64,000 bases of DNA from a virus, in IMG/VR virus record IMGVR_UViG_3300009182_000039, positions 24,912 to 88,911 of that record. One strand, given 5' to 3'. Positions 60,895 to 64,000 of this stretch are shown here, piece by piece; within the stretch, counting starts at the first letter, position 1; each line of letters starts with the position of its first letter. Below the pieces are notes generated by a model. That model had not been told where the DNA came from. It searched no databases and worked only from the letters and a program-made list of their open reading frames with translations. The translations under genes were made by a program, and so were the position numbers.

Positions 60895-61310
60895 ATTGTA
60901 AGGCATCATTAAGACAATGTTTGGTCGAGGTAGCTCGACTCGCAAGGAGGAACGGTGAGATACCCGGTCTGGATGAGCTTGTGTGTCAAAGGCAAATGCT
61001 AACTTAAGGCATCAAATGGTTTGGGCAACGTGAAACAGATACGACCCATGCTTATAGGACTTGGATTTATTATTGGGTCACTAGGGTTCCGTTGATATGT
61101 GAAGCTAGAGTAAGGGGTACCGGTCAACCGCCTCTGCGTCGTAAGACAATCTCTTTATAATAAATGACTGTGCAACTCAGATGAAGTTTGTAACAATCAT
61201 GTTTGCCGTTTATACGGTGAATTGTGACCGATTAATCTAGATGAAGTATTCAAAAACAAAAATAAGACGAGCTGTTAAGCGAGTCTTAGATTAGCTACGC
61301 TAATCTTTCA
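60895..61310 (+). ncRNA. Candidate large structured non-coding RNA, family not recognised; strand inferred
   Basis: About 420 nt with no ORF of 60 aa or more; multiple hairpins, a 9-bp long-range helix and a terminal hairpin. Confidence 0.6.
61288..61308. terminator. Terminal hairpin/terminator between convergent units
   Basis: AGATTAGC-TAC-GCTAATCT followed by TT. Confidence 0.55.
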
Positions 61311-61313
61311 ATG

Positions 61314-61526
61314 TTAGAAGAACGGCATGCCCGACTTCTTAGTTGTTTCCATATTGTCTTTAATAATTTGTCCAATAAGTCTTCGTTCTGAAATACTTAA
61401 ATGTAATGCTTGGTCGTAGAGTAATCCACCACGCATATACCAAGACATTCGTAACGCCTCTGCTCTAATCTCGTTTATTTCTTCATCCATGCCGTCAACA
61501 TATTTGGCGACACCGTCAGAGTCCAA
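61314..61526 (-). CDS. Small hub/tail assembly chaperone ORF, probably the -1 frameshift extension of 61529..62368
   Basis: Annotated start is a TTG without an SD; the frame is open back through the slippery T TTT TTC site. Confidence 0.65.
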   Translation of the reverse strand: MDSDGVAKYVDGMDEEINEIRAEALRMSWYMRGGLLYDQALHLSISERRLIGQIIKDNMETTKKSGMPFF

Positions 61527-61528
61527 GG

Positions 61529-62368
61529 TTAGGAGGCGGGCCCGAAAAAACTTGTCATATCCAATGTAATATTTTGTTTATATTCATTTTCACATTGCCC
61601 ACATTTGATATTAACAGGCTGCATTTCTGCTTGAGTTTTGTGCCCAATTACATATTCTTGAATACGATTAAACAGTCCACGGTCGCAGTTTTTCATAAAT
61701 TCAGAAATATACTCAGGTTCACTTACCATAGCTTGTGGAGTCTTAATTGTAAGTATACTTTGCGACAACGCCATAACTGTCATTTCAGTCATCTTTTTAA
61801 GGGCTTGTGACATAGCAGCAATTTGCTGTGTGTCTACATTACCGTCAGTTGGTATAGACTGAAAAATTCGTTGTTCATCAAATTGTATTTTATTATTATC
61901 TGACAAATTTTTATAAGTCATTGGTTTAAAATAAATTTCAATATCACCTTGTTTAATAGCTTCGCTGTAATCAGGAGATTTAATTTTATCAATAACTGAA
62001 CGCAAATCAACAGCATAATCATCGGTGGTATTACATTTTGGACATTGGGTAGCAAACTCCATGTCGTGTCCGTAACTGGCAATGCGAATAGCTACTAAAA
62101 TAGTATCAATATCGATAGAAGGGATAGCCCACGCATCTTTGATGTTTGGTACACAACTTTGAATAACATTGATAACAGCTTGTCCACTGAACAATGCATC
62201 TGGTGTGCGATAAGTGATTTCATCGATGGCAGTCATGGGTAAAACCGGCAATTCCCCATTTTGGGGCATTTCCAATGCGCCAGGTGGGTAATAATTACCT
62301 TGGCTAGGCAATTTAATATAAATTGCCGGTTGTCTAAAATATTGGCTTAACGGGTTGTTCGAAATCAT
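61529..62368 (-). CDS. Baseplate hub/tail assembly chaperone (T4 gp26-like)
   Basis: IKLPSQG.YY, PMTAIDE, D.DTILVAIRIASYG, CPKC and C-terminal CGQC. Confidence 0.75.
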   Translation of the reverse strand: MISNNPLSQYFRQPAIYIKLPSQGNYYPPGALEMPQNGELPVLPMTAIDEITYRTPDALFSGQAVINVIQSCVPNIKDAWAIPSIDIDTILVAIRIASYGHDMEFATQCPKCNTTDDYAVDLRSVIDKIKSPDYSEAIKQGDIEIYFKPMTYKNLSDNNKIQFDEQRIFQSIPTDGNVDTQQIAAMSQALKKMTEMTVMALSQSILTIKTPQAMVSEPEYISEFMKNCDRGLFNRIQEYVIGHKTQAEMQPVNIKCGQCENEYKQNITLDMTSFFGPAS

Positions 62369-62381
62369 GTATTTTTCCTTG

Positions 62382-62389
62382 TATAAATA
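62382..62389 (+). promoter_or_regulatory. Late promoter TATAAATA, 6 nt before the ATG at 62396
   Basis: Exact motif. Confidence 0.7.
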
Positions 62390-62395
62390 TTAATT

Positions 62396-64000
62396 ATGGC
62401 AGATCAACTCGACCCAAAAGATATTCAAGACATTGTCGACACTTATACTGAGCACTTAGCCCAAGGTATTCCAATTTCTGAAGAACTTGCTCAAAAAATG
62501 AAAGATGCTTCTACGGGCATCAAAGATTATACTAAAAATTTAAAAGCCAGCAAAGAAGCTTTGATGGGCAGTTTGAAATCCCTTGGTATGTCCATGGTCA
62601 ATGGCGAATCTGGGGCCGCAGTTTACAACAATGCTATTAATGCTGGTGCTAAAACTTTTAGTAGTTGGGCAAAGAAAATTCCTATTGTTGGTAATGCTCT
62701 AGGTAAGGTAGCAGAAGCAGCAGCCACTTATGAAAATGCTGTTGCTGAACAAGCAGATGCATTATTTAAAAGTTATCAAGACATAAGTCGTTCTGGTATT
62801 GCTACCGGAATGCAAGATGCGTTTAAAAATTTACAAGACGCTGGATATACAATGAAAGAAATTGGCCAATACGGTCAATTAATGAAAGAAAATTCTGCAG
62901 TACTTGCGACCATGGGTGGCACCACTGCTCAAGGAGCAGCAGAGTTTGCTAAAGTATCAAAAAACATTAAAAATTCTCAATTAGAAACACAGTTCATGCG
63001 TATGGGTATGACTGTTAATGATATCAACAGTGGTATAGCAAACTATGTAAAAATACAGCAATTAAGTGGGTCAACATTACAACAAAATGACAAACAAATT
63101 GCAGCCAGTGCCGCTGAATATATTTTAGAACAAGATAAAGTAACTAAAGTAACAGGCCTTACAGCTGATCAACAAAATAAAATTTATGAAGGCGCTCTAG
63201 CTCAGGAACAATTTGCGGCTAAAACATTTCAATTACAGCAAGCGGCGGCAGCAGGTGACGAACAAGCAAAAGCTGAACTATCAAGAAATAGACAGTTAGT
63301 TGAATTTGCCATGGCCAAAGGCGGGCCCGAAGCAGCTAAACAAGCTCAGCTATACATAGCTGGAGCTGTCAATACAAAAGGTTATCAACAATTCCAAAGA
63401 AGTTTTGCTCAAACTGCCGACTACATAGATAAAGGCGGCACCGATGTAGGTAAAGCACAAAATTTATTAGTTAATGATGCTAAAGTGTTAGTCAAAGATC
63501 AAGCAAGATTAGGTCAATTTGGAGCATTCAATACCACATACACTCCAATACAAGAAGCAGGAAAATTAGCGGCAGCTTCGGTAAAAGATTATGCCGTAGC
63601 TAATAAAGATGCCGCTGAGCAACAGCAAAAACAAATAAAAGCTACCGACGAAGCTACTGGCGCCATGGTTGATACGACTATGGATCAACGGGACATAACT
63701 CAATCGGCTGATCATGTAATTAACAAAGGTGTCCCAGCAGTTACTAAAGGATTATCTGGATTATCTAGTGTCACACAACAATTAACCAGTGTGTTTGGAC
63801 AGTTAGCTGGCAAACAAGGACAAATTGGTGGAGGTACAACACTACTGAATAAAATTGGTATAGGCGGAGCAGCTGCTCCGTCCGCAGCAGGTGGAGCGGC
63901 AGCAGGTGGAGCGGCAGCAGGTGGAGCGGCAGCAGGCGGAGCGGCAGCAGGCGGAGCGGCAGCAGGCGGAGCGGCAGCAGGCGGAGCGGCAGCAGGCGGA
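62396..64000 (+). CDS. Tape-measure-like protein, 3'-truncated by the window edge (not in the ORF track)
   Basis: Frame MADQLDPKDIQDIV... appears open to the window end; A/Q/K-rich helical composition; adjacent to the chaperone gene. Confidence 0.7.
   Translation, partial: MADQLDPKDIQDIVDTYTEHLAQGIPISEELAQKMKDASTGIKDYTKNLKASKEALMGSLKSLGMSMVNGESGAAVYNNAINAGAKTFSSWAKKIPIVGNALGKVAEAAATYENAVAEQADALFKSYQDISRSGIATGMQDAFKNLQDAGYTMKEIGQYGQLMKENSAVLATMGGTTAQGAAEFAKVSKNIKNSQLETQFMRMGMTVNDINSGIANYVKIQQLSGSTLQQNDKQIAASAAEYILEQDKVTKVTGLTADQQNKIYEGALAQEQFAAKTFQLQQAAAAGDEQAKAELSRNRQLVEFAMAKGGPEAAKQAQLYIAGAVNTKGYQQFQRSFAQTADYIDKGGTDVGKAQNLLVNDAKVLVKDQARLGQFGAFNTTYTPIQEAGKLAAASVKDYAVANKDAAEQQQKQIKATDEATGAMVDTTMDQRDITQSADHVINKGVPAVTKGLSGLSSVTQQLTSVFGQLAGKQGQIGGGTTLLNKIGIGGAAAPSAAGGAAAGGAAAGGAAAGGAAAGGAAAGGAAAGGAAAGG
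63884..64000 (+). repeat. 15-bp in-frame tandem repeat GCAGCAGG(T/C)GGAGCG, at least 7.8 copies, encoding (AAGGA)n
   Basis: 3 GGT copies then GGC copies; runs off the window end. Confidence 0.95.

Noticed and set aside
60895-61310. Group I/II intron, tRNA, tmRNA, RNase P RNA or CRISPR array
   Set aside because: No interrupted gene flanks it; I could not find group I core motifs, group II domain V, a cloverleaf/T-loop, GAGGAAAGUCC or a regular repeat-spacer periodicity by eye. An Rfam search is still needed
155-61810. The many 60-140 aa antisense or alternate-frame ORFs in the track
   Set aside because: Nested within or overlapping well-supported genes and lacking recognisable motifs; shadow ORFs
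63884-64000. CRISPR array
   Set aside because: Contiguous in-frame 15-bp coding repeat without spacers
1-64000. Alternative genetic code (stop-codon reassignment)
   Set aside because: Very high coding density, including a 4919-aa ORF, under the standard code; TAA, TGA and TAG all end genes

Overview
A 64-kb, AT-rich segment of a large T4-like (myovirus/jumbo-type) phage genome, standard genetic code. It has three blocks. (1) About 1-26.9 kb is a dense accessory island of tailoring-type enzymes: 5 radical SAM (2 B12-binding type), 6 2OG-Fe(II)/cupin oxygenases, 3 PP-loop (SGGxDS) ATPases, a Rieske oxygenase, a fatty-acid desaturase, a PLP enzyme, an amidohydrolase, a sulfotransferase-like protein, a methyltransferase, 3 glycosyltransferase-like proteins and 3 solute-binding proteins (1 TRAP DctP, 2 Bug/TctC) with no permease in the window. 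Many of its cassettes are preceded by T4-late-like (TA)TAAATA motifs. (2) About 27-56.6 kb is a minus-strand baseplate/tail module with a 4919-aa protein and gp6-, gp25-, gp5-, gp53- and gp48/54-like genes. (3) About 56.6-64 kb holds a gp55-like late sigma factor, gp47/gp46, a small GIY-YIG nuclease followed by a ~420-nt structured non-coding region, a gp26-like gene with an apparent -1 frameshift into the next ORF, and the start of a tape-measure-like gene. All calls come from motif recognition by eye; no searches or folding programs were run.
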